Assembly (NCBI GenBank): GCA_943704425.1
Contig: CALSCP010002159.1
Location: 87,815 to 151,814, forward strand
Direction of reading: 5' to 3'
Length of the DNA: 64,000 nt
Source of the DNA: Ministeria vibrans ATCC 50519
Lineage: Eukaryota > Protista > Filasterea
Shown here one piece after another: positions 44,101 to 55,661 of the stretch. A model generated the notes under the pieces. It had not been told where the DNA came from. It was given only the letters and a program-made list of their open reading frames with translations, and did not search any database. The position numbers and the translations under genes were made by a program. Every line of letters begins with the position of its first letter. The first letter of the stretch is position 1.

Positions 44101-47100
44101 ACTCGCGCGTGTACTCCACGTCCGTGCTGCCGCCCACGACAAAACCAGGGTAGCAAGTGTAAGTGACCGTTTCGCCAAACACTTTGGTGGTGAGCGAACT
44201 TTCGGAGGCGGCAGGATCATTTGGCGTCAAACCGCACGCCTGAGGTGCACAAGTCAGGGCCGAATTCGACCAAGCCCACGAACCAGTTGAGCACGTCGCC
44301 GTCGCCGGAGACACCCCAAGTAAGGAGACGAAGCCGGCAGCACAAGTGTACACACAGCTGTCACTCGAGGCGGTTGCGGTGCACGCCACGTCGGCGTTGG
44401 CCACAACAAAGCCGTTGGGACAGGACGTGCGAATGCACGCGAGGCCCGTGTTGTTCCACGCGCCCGACGACTGACACACACGACGAGTGTCCGCTGTGGT
44501 CGCTTCAAAGCCGGATTCACAGGCGTAGGTACAGGTGTCGCCTTGTTCGAGCGAGGCTGGCGTGCACTCTGGCGCGGCAGCATTGCCAATGGTGGGTACA
44601 GCGTCGCAGACTCGCACGTTGCAACCAACAACGTTGCTGTACACACCCGTGTTGGTGCAGAGTACAGCAAAGGTAGTGACGAACGAGCCGAGGGTGTAAC
44701 CGGCGTCACATGTATACACCACGGACTCGCCGGCGTTGCGGGGTGTTGTGCTTGCGGCTGCCGTGGCATGGGCAGCAAGGGGTGGCACATTGCATGAGAT
44801 GATCCGGCACGAGCTGGTCGCCGAGAAGGTACCCGAGGCAAGACAAGTGATGCTAAAAGTGGTCGCACCCGAGGCGGTACCGGTGAGCGAGTAGCCCGAA
44901 TCACACGTGAACACGGTTTGTTCGCCAAAGAACGAGGCTACACCCGGTCTCGTTGCGTGCGTCAAGCTGGGAGGAAAGCCACAGGAGATATCAATGCACT
45001 GAGCGGTACTTGTCGAAAACGAACCGTCGACGAGACATGTGAGAGAGTAAGAGGAATGATTGCCAGCGATTCCCGTCACAGTGTATCCCGAGTTGCACGA
45101 CACGACGGCAGTGTCGCCGACAAGGTAGGGTCCGGCCAAGACCGACGAGGAAGCAGCGTGCACGGTGGGCGCGGCGCATGTGATGGCTTCGCACACGGGT
45201 GCTCCGGCAAAGGTACCGTTGGCATAGCAGTCCAGAGTGAACTGCGTAACGCCACCCGACACTCCCAGAATGGATGTGCCGGACGCACAGATGTACGTGG
45301 CACCCGCACCAAATGTGATGGCACCGTTGGAGACGGGCGAGGCGCTCTCAATGTTCGGCGGTACACCGCAGCTGACGGGCAGACAGGCGGTGGCATCGTT
45401 GGACAGCCGTCCGGACGACTCACAGACGCGCACAAAAGAGGCAGCGCCATTTGCAAGGCCAGTCGTTGTGTAGCCAGTGCGACACTCAATGGTGGCAGTG
45501 TCACCAAAGAAAAGTGTTGTGGGTGCTTGCGTCACCGTATTGAGTGTTGTTGGAAGTGTTCCACAGCTGATCGCGGTGCAGCTGAGTGCAAAGTTGTTGG
45601 TCCATAACCACGACTCGCTCAGACACGTACGCGTAGCCGGTGAGGAAGCACCACCGGACACAGCCTCGTACCCGACCTGACACGTGTAGGTGCACGATTC
45701 ACCATGAGCCAGCGGTCCCGTGAGCGGCGAGGTACAGACACGCGTGGAAAAAGCAACGACCGACGGAGACGAGGCGCACAGTGTGGCGACGCAGGCAAGA
45801 TCGACGTTGTCCCACACGCCCGACGAGGTACACACGCGCTTGTTGCTTGCCGAGGGTGGATCTTGCTTGAAGCCTGTGTGGCACAAGTAGGTGCACGCAT
45901 CACTGACAGCGGTGCCCTGGGTGCACGAGCGTGCCGAGTTGGAAATGGTGGGTGCAATACCACAGGAAATGGTTCCACACACGCGCGTGCCCGCGTACGC
46001 GCCCGTCTGGTCGCAGGTGACCGAAAAAGTGGTGGCGCTACCTGGCTGACCGTCAACGGTGGCGCCCCCATCGCAAGTGTAGAGGACGGTCTGGGAGAAG
46101 CGAAGCGACGCAGTCGAAGCGGGCGTGGAACCGGAGATGACAGGCAAGGTACCGCAGCTGATGGGCAGGCACGAGAGAACATCGGTGAAGGTGCCCAAGG
46201 CACTACAACCAATATTGAAGGACGACTGTCCTGACGTCTCACCTGTAACAGTGTAGCCTGTATTACAGTCAATACGATGCTGCACGCCAAAGAGAAGCTC
46301 GTCGGAGCTCGAGGTCGAAAAGACAATGGAAGGAGGTGTGCCACACGACACTTTCTGGCATGCATAGGAGAGGTCAAGCTGGCCGGTGGCAAGGCACGCC
46401 GCAGAGAAGGTATTGTTGGTTGACAAGCTCACGGGAGCCCCGTCGGTTGAGTAGCCCTCGTCACAGCTGTAGGTAATGGAACCCCCGACAATGGTGGTGA
46501 TGGCGGAGGCACTCGCATGTTGGACGACGCTAGCGCTGCACTCGATAGCAAGACAGAACAGGCCGAGGTTGTCAAACGAACCGGAGGCAAGGCACAAACG
46601 AGTGAATTCCGTGTTTACTGTCGTGGCAGGTGCACGATCCGTGCTGTAGCCCGTGTCGCACACGTATGTGACAGCACCACCAAAGGAGACGGTGTTTGTT
46701 GACGAGAGAGAAGCATGTGCGATAGGCTGCGGTACGCCACAGGTGACCGGCAAGCACTCTGCGTTGGCGGGTGTCGCGGCCGAGTAGAGGCCTGTGTCGA
46801 GGCAGGTGCGCTCGTAGAAACTTGAAGCGGGCAGAATGCCACCGACGGTGGCGCCTGTCTTGCACAACAATCGGACCGTATCACCAAAGTTGACCGATAC
46901 AGTGGGACCGCTTGTCCACGTATCCTGTGCTGGTGGGGGGCACTTGATACGCACACACACAGTTTGAGCATTGTCGTAGGTGGCCGACTCGAGACAGGCG
47001 CGGGTGAAGGTGAAAATGCCACCGGCGGCCGCGGACAAACCGTTTGTGGAGTAGCCGGTGTTGCAGGTGTAGCTGGCTGCGTGTGCGTTTGAGGTGGGGT

Positions 47101-48178
47101 CAGCGTTGTACTGGCTAGCCGTCGACGTGATGGTCGCATCACTCACACTTGGTGGAGTGGGACATGTGACGAGGGAGCAGCCGGGAGCAAATGAAGTGCC
47201 GTCAAAAGTCGCAGCGGTGGTACAGGTGCGTGTGAATGTCTTTTGAGCACTCGAGCCGACCGGTGAGCCGTCAAGCGAGTATCCTGTACGACAGGTGTAG
47301 ACGGCGGGAAATGGAGGCAAGTAATACCGAATGGAGGAGGGCTGGGACACGTAAGCATTAGCCATGGTGGGAGGTATGTCGCAGCTGATGACGTTGCAGG
47401 AGAGCACGTTGGTGAAGAGGCCCGTGCTGGAGCACTGAGCGACAAAGTTTTCGTTGGCCGATGTGAGCGCACCAGCGTTGGTGGTAAAGCCAGTTTCACA
47501 ACGGTAGCTCGGCTGGAAAGAAACTGAACTAATTATATCAGACGCGCCTACGGTGCCCAGAATTGCGTTTTGAATGGCGGGAGCCCTGCCGCAAGTGATG
47601 GGCACGCATGAGCCAGGAGTAGACCACAACCCCGTGACCAGACACGTGATCGTAAACTGCGTGGTGCTGTTGAACGCGATGCCCTTGCCTGTCGTGCTGT
47701 AGTTGTCGCTGCACGTGTAGATGGCGACATCCTCGTAGACACCCGTGGTAAGACTGCGAGACGCCTGCGAGATGACTGGCGTTGGGCCACACGAGAGACG
47801 CGTCTTGCAGTTTGTCGACGGGGTGTTATAGCCCGAGCGACAAACTTTGGCGCCCGAGATTGGATTGCAGGTGTAGTGACCCTGAGCGTCCGAGTCTTGG
47901 GCGATGCACTGAAAGGTGCAGCCGCTAAAGGGATCGTTGGTGGGGTACCAGTCGGCGGCGCACACACGATAGCCATTGCTTGTGTCACACGTGTACGCGT
48001 TGTTGCTGGGCGCGAGGCAGTAGCGACACTGGCTGCCGTAGGCGTTGGGGTAGCAGTCAGCGGCAAGGTAGACGGTGGCCTTTCGTATCCCATCAACATT
48101 GCCTCGGTCGATGGTCGATATGAGCCAATTGGGGTCGTTGGCATTGACCTGCGCCGAGGAGTACACTCTAAAGATAAT

Positions 48179-48210
<32 letters not shown>

Positions 48211-48926
48211 TGAAACAGTGACAGCGAGAGAGAGAGTTTCTTACGTTCCCATATTGTCATGACCTGTCAAAAAATCTTCGTCCCAACAGGCAACATAATA
48301 GAAAACGGAACCAGAATATACTCCTGAGAGCGATTTGGACGCTAAAACACTCCCAAACGACCATCTACAAATTTGAAGAGTGAAAAATAAACCATTTACC
48401 CCAAGAGGAGCAAGGAGGTTTTGACATTCAAACAGGCACGCATTGACGGCCTCCATTTCAGCAATTAGCTACAGGGAATAGGAGCGGATGGCGGGGAGCG
48501 GGCGGAGGGGTATGGGGGTTTTGGAGAGGTTCTCGCTTATTTTCTCCTTTTGATTATTATTTCTTTGCCGTCCGCTGAGCTCTTCTGCCATATAGGCCAT
48601 GGCAGAAGGGCAACACTTGATAAGAAAATGTGCTTGCCAATGGGTAATGTGAGGCAAGAGGTTTACGGAAAGGGAGAACTCACGGATATATACGTATTAA
48701 CTTACGTAGCAGTGTTCATGTCCGACATGGTGGAACTATTCGATGAAACCTCGTAATTTGATGTTGACGACGACACGGCGATAATGCATTGCGTGTCACA
48801 GTCTTCGGCAAACGTTCCGTGGTAGCACTTGCCAGTGACGCTCGTGAGAGTAGCTCGCAACTGGTAAGTGTTCTGAGATTCACAAAGCATCAAACAGCCG
48901 AGACTGAAAAAGAGTTGCAGCCACAT
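35161..48926 (-). CDS. Giant receptor tyrosine kinase (~4,400 aa): signal peptide, C2-like, tandem DSL-like, ~30-35 Sushi/CCP, EGF-Ca, IPT-like, REJ/PKD, degenerate GAIN/GPS, TM, Tyr-rich juxtamembrane, TK; 5 exons
   Basis: Exons 48926-48704, 48364-48245, 48167-35965 (includes N gap), ~35877-35728, 35646-35161. Signal MWLQLFFSLGCLMLCES. TM LPIIGAIVAVAVGILLMIVIVVLW-RRR. Kinase IGKGEFG, VAVKTLK, VHRD|LAARNCLV, DFGLSR, DYYR, LPVRWMALES, DVWSFGV all intact. Confidence 0.92.
42636..43161. other. Assembly gap (526 N) inside the Sushi array of the RTK
   Basis: Run of N with Sushi-type sequence on both sides. Confidence 0.99.
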
Positions 48927-49469
48927 GATGCTTTTTAACTTAACTGAAAACGCAATCGCAAGAGTGGGCATGCCTCACTCCTGTGCGCGATAGTAAAAAG
49001 TGAGATTAAGATTGTTAAATCCCGAGTTCATCCCGAGTTCATCGAGCACACCAATCCTTACCGATCTAAGGGTGTCAATTACTGTACTCAAGTATTGAGT
49101 GTGTGCTCAGTATGGCACTGTACTCGGGGAGGTCCAGGTTACCAGTATGGAATACTCGCAAAATCAATCTGAGCCGAGAAATACTGAAGTAAAAGCCTTG
49201 CCCATCAGGGGTATGCGGCTTCCAACCACTAATTATATCCTCTTCTACAGCAGCGCCTTGAGGTACGCATGCAACAAACTGTATGTCGCACACCGACACC
49301 CTCGAAACAATCCAAATATTGGGTGTGCCCTGACGGTGGTGGAGCTTGCTCCCTCCTCCCAGTGCCAGCACAAGGGTGCTGGCAGAGCCTTATGTCCCTC
49401 CCAGGATATGGTGCATTTGGTGTCTATCGCGTCACTTGTCTGGCTATTAGTCAATCTGTCTCGAGATCT

Positions 49470-49805
<336 letters not shown>

Positions 49806-49882
49806 CATTTATTTTGCAGAGGAATAATAAGCATACTTTTATATTGGTATTCATAAACCTGTCACTCGCATGCATGAATATA

Positions 49883-50575
49883 TCACAGCCCGATCTTGTC
49901 TCCAATCTTGGGATTATCCGCTCCAATAGATGGCGCTGTGTCCCCAAGCAGCACCTCGGCCATGAACGCCCAATGCTCCAATGTGATGGGCGTCGGCACT
50001 TGGACAATTTCTTGAGTGGTGCTCGAGTGCAGAAAGCTTGACGTGGAGGTTGTCATGATCGTTTCAAAGTTGGAGATGGTGAAACTAGCAATGGTGACGC
50101 GCACGTCCACCTCATAGTTTCCGGGGTAACGACTCGACGGCCAATAGGCATAGGCGCACACAAAACCCTTGCCGCTCGGCGCCACAATGTCCGTCACTCC
50201 AGCCGTGAATGGATCCAAGGCTACGTGGTTTAGTACAAGGTCTTTGCTGGGCAGAGCTAGGGCCACGTTTGAAGTTTCTTCTCCATGCAGTCCCATTGCT
50301 ATTTTAACCACCTCGCAGAAATCCTTCTCCACTCCCTCGATCGTCTGGGCCACGCCACGAAGTCGGATTGCGCTTCTTTTTGCACGCTCAAAGTCAATGG
50401 TACGATCAATCTTGCCAAGCGTGACCGATTTCTGGCGAGAGAACACCTTTTGAACCCAGTCGGCCGCTTTGTCGGCTGTAGCAATAGCCGCATCGATGGT
50501 GGAAAAATTAATAGCAGACACGTGCGGTGGTAACAAGCAAAGTAATACGGCAATGAAGCAAACGAGAAAGCGCAT
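49883..50575 (-). CDS. Intronless secreted protein A, 230 aa, unknown family
   Basis: Single ORF with ATG, clear signal peptide MRFLVCFIAVLLCLLPPHVSA, globular composition and non-coding flanks. Confidence 0.8.
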   Translation of the reverse strand: MRFLVCFIAVLLCLLPPHVSAINFSTIDAAIATADKAADWVQKVFSRQKSVTLGKIDRTIDFERAKRSAIRLRGVAQTIEGVEKDFCEVVKIAMGLHGEETSNVALALPSKDLVLNHVALDPFTAGVTDIVAPSGKGFVCAYAYWPSSRYPGNYEVDVRVTIASFTISNFETIMTTSTSSFLHSSTTQEIVQVPTPITLEHWAFMAEVLLGDTAPSIGADNPKIGDKIGL

Positions 50576-50916
50576 GATAGAAGCTTATGGCAAAGGAAGA
50601 AGAGCAAATTAATTGATTCTATATTTTGATTTCTATTCAAAAAAAGGTGATGGAAGTGATGTGTCACTTAGAAAAATGAGACGCAGACCAGATGAAATTT
50701 CTCTCTGCAGATACCATCACTACCTATACATCAGCGCATTGCAGAGATCAGTATTGGGTATTCATGACCAGTAATCAGATAACAAGAACATTGACCATAT
50801 GAAAAGTTGGAAAGGCTACCCACGGACGGAAAAAAATAATTATTATCACAATCCATTATAAATTATTCGATTCGACATTGCAGTCGGTCGGCTACACATT
50901 CACACTTTTTTTTATC

Positions 50917-51552
50917 ATGCTTCGCCTTCCTCTTCTTGTTGGCATTCTTGCTATTCTTGCCATTGCTTGCGTGAACCCTGCCGAGGCGGGATGGCGGAAA
51001 AAAATTAAAGGCATTATTAATAGTGTGTCGAGGCCCGGCCGCCGAGTCGTGTCTGGCTTGGGTATACACAGGCAGACGGAGTCCATTCAGACGCACACGG
51101 AGTTTACACTCGGCGAGCCGACTCTTGAGACGGAGGCAGGCGAAGCGCTCCTGCGTGAGCCGACGTGTCACAATGACATCTCCCAAGCGCCCGAAAACCT
51201 CCGCGACTTTGCTTGCAGCCACATCGCCGGCTCGCTGGCCATGGGCCACGAGTGGTTTACTAACGTTGGAGAAAACGGCTACGAGATTACACGCATGACG
51301 CTAACTCCCAACCCAGACGATCGTTCAGTCCATGCGGCGTGGGTCGTTGCCAAATCCGTGGTCGAAGTCAAGAGCACAACCACAGTGACGAAGACCAAGA
51401 CTAAACGGCTCCTTGGCGTGAAAGTGTCCAAACGAACGTTCACATCAGACCACCCGCGCGGCCTTACACCAACGGAGATTGCGGATATCCGAGCCGCCCT
51501 CACCAAGACTGTGCGCGACGCGCTTCCTCTGTCCGAAAACGCTGAGATGTGA
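50917..51552 (+). CDS. Intronless secreted protein B, 211 aa, unknown family, cationic amphipathic mature N-terminus
   Basis: ATG 50917; signal peptide MLRLPLLVGILAILAIACVNPAEA followed by GWRKKIKGIINSVSRPGRRVVSGLGI. Confidence 0.8.
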   Translation: MLRLPLLVGILAILAIACVNPAEAGWRKKIKGIINSVSRPGRRVVSGLGIHRQTESIQTHTEFTLGEPTLETEAGEALLREPTCHNDISQAPENLRDFACSHIAGSLAMGHEWFTNVGENGYEITRMTLTPNPDDRSVHAAWVVAKSVVEVKSTTTVTKTKTKRLLGVKVSKRTFTSDHPRGLTPTEIADIRAALTKTVRDALPLSENAEM

Positions 51553-52328
51553 AATGTAGCAGAGAGTACACATTAATTCTCAACCAGGCCTTGCACAAGC
51601 AAAACAAACAATATAAATATTATTATGATTCACTTATGAGAGAGGGATGGGAATTAAGAGCGAGACGAATTAAGGTGATGTTTTTTTAGGAATCAATAAG
51701 CGTGCCAGTATCCCCGCACTGCATGCGCTGGCATGTGCCTCCCGGACGCAGCTACCCAAGCACGCATACAGTCTCCTTATATCATAATTATTCACATCGT
51801 ATTCTCGCGACACCCATCTCCAGCATATATACAATATAATAATTATATATAATTATTATAATAATTATATAATTTATATTATATATGCGGCGACCACGAT
51901 TCTCATGGTCATGCGAGCGCCCACGGATGGCGATCGCGACTCCGATCACCAAGCTTCAGGTACGTTGAAGGTACGTTGCGTCCGACTTCTCAGCGCTAGC
52001 GGCCAGCTTATACATAATTGCATATACATGCTTATGACGGGCGAGCACGTATACTAAGTACTGCATGCGCACTCGAGCTCGTACGTATGCACCTCCCTGA
52101 GGACTCAAAATATTAATCGTATGCAGTCACCAATGCAGCTGACCATATACGCATGGATCCCCCGCCAACCCCTGATGCCGATCCAATTGCTTCAATTGCA
52201 ACGTACAAGTGTACAACAACTTTAACCTAGCAGACACCTGTATGGCGTCAGAGTCCTACCCTCCTGTGAGGGTGTGGCGTCCCATGGCGTCCCTACGGCG
52301 CACCATGTCAATGCCTCACTGGATACCA

Positions 52329-52430
52329 CGACACATGCACCTCTAACCTGCAACGGCTCTCCCATGTGACCTCTAGAGTTTCGTTTGAGTGCGCAAGGCG
52401 GTCGACTATGTCTTCGTGTTTGGCTATCAG
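52329..52430. repeat. Dispersed ~105-bp intergenic repeat, copy 2
   Basis: Homologous to 34113-34215, same orientation. Confidence 0.8.
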
Positions 52431-52536
52431 TTGAAAAAAGTATTACAACACACACTCTCCCTCTTAAAAATAAGTTAGAAAACTCATTCAGAATTCCAGA
52501 TTCATTGCTCACTTGATCTTCAATCGCAAACGCACA

Positions 52537-53569
52537 ATGGAGCTCACGGACGAAGAGCTGCTGAAGGGTCTGAAGCCTTCGGAGGAAGCGCAAGCACTGT
52601 CGCTTGCGGCCAAGGTACGCGAACGGGACACTGCGGACGGGAGCTGAGCCGCCTGCCTGCCTGCGGGCCTCTCCTCGTTGTTTTAGGCGGATCGGCTCAA
52701 GCAGCAAGCGGCAGAAGCGCAGCAGAAGGTCAGAGACGTCTTATCATTTGAGCAGTTCAAACCTCTTTTCCTCTTTTTTCCTCTTTTCGTCTGTTTTTGT
52801 ATAGGCGGAGGAGGCGAAACGCTTACGCGAGGAAGGGGAGATGAAGGAACGAGCTAAGGCTGCTAAGGTTGCCGAGAAGGAGACCGAGAAGGTGTGGAGA
52901 AAAGACACTACAGAAATTGATATCTCTCTCTCTCTCCATCACTTTGTCTCTTTTCTCTCTCTCTTACTTTGTTTCTGTCCCCTCCTCTTCTCTCTCTCAC
53001 TCACTCCTGCTTTCCACCACTTTGTAGATCAGGCACGAGCTGTCGGATGTGGAGAGACAAGAGGCGGAAGCCAAACAAGGTATGGAGTGGCGCAGGGTGT
53101 GTGCAGGGTGTGTGGGACTCAACGGCTGTGTCATGTTGCTTGCAGCTGCCGAGGAGAAAGCGAAGGAGAAAGCGCTGGCGGATGGAGAAAGGGAGGTGTT
53201 GGTGAAGGATAAAGAAGAGAAGGAGACAAAGCTGAGAGAGATTAAGCTGAAACGTCAGGAGAGTGTGAGACAGCTGGAGGTAAAGAATATGCACACTGAA
53301 AACCAGGATGGGGGTTTTAAACGATTATTATTTTCGTGTGCGCGCGATAGGAAGCGAAGCGGGCACTGGCGGAGGAGGCGGCTCGACAAGCAGCAGTAGG
53401 GAGAGAGTGTGCCGAGTGTGTGTGTTTTTGTGGTGTGTATGTGAGTGTGTATCTGTTTTTGTGGTGTGAATGTGAGTGTGCTTTGGTGATTGAATGTCGC
53501 GTGTGTGTGTTTTTACAGGAGCCTATTGACGAAGTGAATCCGGAAGAAGAACGTCAAAAGCTCGAGTAG
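52537..53569 (+). CDS. Small E/K/A-rich coiled-coil protein, ~7 short exons
   Basis: MELTDEELLKGLKPSEEAQALSLAAK|ADRLKQQAAEAQQK|AEEAKRLREEGEMKERAK...|IRHELSDVERQEAEAKQ|AAEEKAKEK...|EAKRALAEEAARQAA|EPIDEVNPEEERQKLE*; GT-AG boundaries keep frame. Confidence 0.65.
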
Positions 53570-53756
53570 GACACCACCAAATGACAGACCTTGATAGGAT
53601 ATTCATTTTATTTTATTTTATGTTGTTTAGAGAGGGTCGATTGAGTGGCGCAATGGCAGACATCGGGGGATCCAAACTGGAACGACAGGGCACAATTGGG
53701 TAAGGTGCAGGAGAGGACACTCTCGGTTTGGTGACTCTCATTCTCACGATTCCTTC

Positions 53757-53960
53757 CTTCTCTCTCTATCACTTTGTTTCTTTCTCCCTCTCTCTATCAC
53801 TTTGTTTCTTTCTCCCTCTCTCTCTATCACTTTGTTTCTTTCTCCCTCTCTCTCTATCACTTTTTTTCTTTCTCCCTCTCTCTCTATCACTTTGTTTCTT
53901 TCTCCCTCTCTCTCTATCACTTTGTTTCTTTCTCCCTCTCTCTCTATCACTTTGTTTCTT

Positions 53961-54053
<93 letters not shown>
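53757..54053. repeat. Minisatellite: seven ~30-bp units TCTCTATCACTTTGTTTCTTTCTCCCTCTC followed by (CT)n
   Basis: 30-bp periodicity visible across 53763-53965, then a pure CT tract. Confidence 0.95.
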
Positions 54054-54059
<6 letters not shown>

Positions 54060-54423
54060 TTAGTGTCATGCCGGGTGAGCTCACAAAGCCCAAGAAACCA
54101 CTGTGCATCATTCTTTAAAACAGGATAATTATTTTGCTTTCTTGACGATTTTCAAGAGATGTGTGTATGTGTAATGTGTGTGTATGCGGATACAGCAACG
54201 CTCAAACAAAACAAAACCCTCACTTGCACTGGCCATGCCATTTGGCCATTCGTCCTTCAAGCAAGACTAAGGGAGGTGTAGGATAATAGTAGTAGCTGCT
54301 ACCTAGAGCCCGTCGATCAAGTCAGTGGGCCTTCAAATCAATGCATGTATCCGACTAATCCGACCATTGCACTTTCCGTTGTCAAAGAAAAAAAAAGACA
54401 AGAACATAATTATATTATATTAT

Positions 54424-55661
54424 TTACAAAGCCGGACAAACTTGCTTGAGGCGCTTGTAATCCTCGCCAGTGATATAATTCCATGGCTTATGCACACCAA
54501 ACGGATCGTTGTTCACTGTCGGGTCCCATTGCGTCTCCACCGAGAAGCGTCGTGCTGTGGCCTCATCCGCAACCACTCCCGAGTTCTCCTAAAGGGACTG
54601 AATTGGCAGTTTATAGTATGTTCTTTCGTACCGCTTGGAGGGTGTGCGAGAGAAACATGTCAATTTCAAGACCACCAGTGTAGTCGGCGTGGGCCTGCGT
54701 GAAGCGGAGCATGGTCGAGGTGCGGAACAGCGCCAGACCGCTGTTGCCAACACAGCGCGGGAAAAACTTGTTGGGTCCACAGTCGCCACGCGACCACAAT
54801 GCTACAATAGATAATTGACGGAGAAACCACGCCAATGGTGAGTCGAGCCAAAATATGTTCGCATCACACATAAATTACCGCCAATATAGTCGTATTTGAG
54901 TGCAATAAGTTCCTTTAGGCGCGCGCCACTCGTGTCCCGTCCGACACAGATACGCGCATCCGCTCTGGACAAAAAGAAACACAGCACGTCCGTTAGCTTG
55001 AGTGACCGTACACACATCTCTTGTGTTCACATACTCCAGGTTTAGCATGTATTCGGATCGAGCGCGAGACCAAAGCGATGAGCTGCCGAGCAAATGACTG
55101 TAGCCATGTCGGTCGACTTTCCACGAGAGCGTCACTGGCGTGAGGACGACAGCGCGCTTGGAAGGACCGCGGGGAAGAGCCTCGCGCACCAACGACTCCG
55201 GTAGGTCGCTGTTGAAGAACACTTGGAACCCCTAAGAGGTGACATTAGTGGAGTCGAAGTGTGCTCTGGAATGATCATACCACTTCGTCGGAAAGCACTG
55301 CATCAGCATGCTTGTACGTCGCTGACAGTTTGGGAATCGAGTCCAAATGTAACACACAGTGCATGACAGAGACTGGGAGAGACGGCAAGGCGAGGGACGG
55401 CGAAGACGAAGCCGTGGCTGTCGTCGGTGCACTCACTCTCCTCTCCACTCTCTCCTCGCCCGGCTGCATTCGCGGCTGCTCTGCCATCTTCACAGCAGCG
55501 GCATGGTTCGCCCCAAGACCGTCGTCGGCGTCGTCGTCGAGGGTCCAGGGAGTCTGTAGGCGGGGTGGGGCGCGCAGGGTCGCCTTGCGCTGCACCGAGC
55601 CATACACCAGAATGAGGAGGAGCGCACCGACGAAGTAGACCAAGCGCCGTAGCCTCGCCAT
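54424..55661 (-). CDS. Type II membrane protein with DUF5672-like putative glycosyltransferase domain, 5 exons
   Basis: N-terminal anchor MARLRRLVYFVGALLLILVYGSV. Motifs NLE|ADARIC, KYDYIG|ALW, CVGNSGLALFR, EIDMFL, ARRFSVET, PFGVHKPW, VCPAL* follow the YDYIGAPW / GNGG.SLR / FSVE / PFG.H pattern. Confidence 0.72.

Noticed and set aside
37134-48193. Many overlapping and antisense ORFs over the RTK (similarly over 20126-24752)
   Set aside because: Expected shadow ORFs of GC-rich coding sequence, with no independent motifs.
48582-48608. 10-bp hairpin in RTK intron 1, and a 9-bp hairpin at ~49363-49384
   Set aside because: Short stems with no Helitron CTRR end or recognisable ncRNA features; compatible with chance.
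53763-53965. 30-bp periodic array resembling a CRISPR
   Set aside because: Units are head-to-tail with no unique spacers, there are no cas genes, and the context is eukaryotic.
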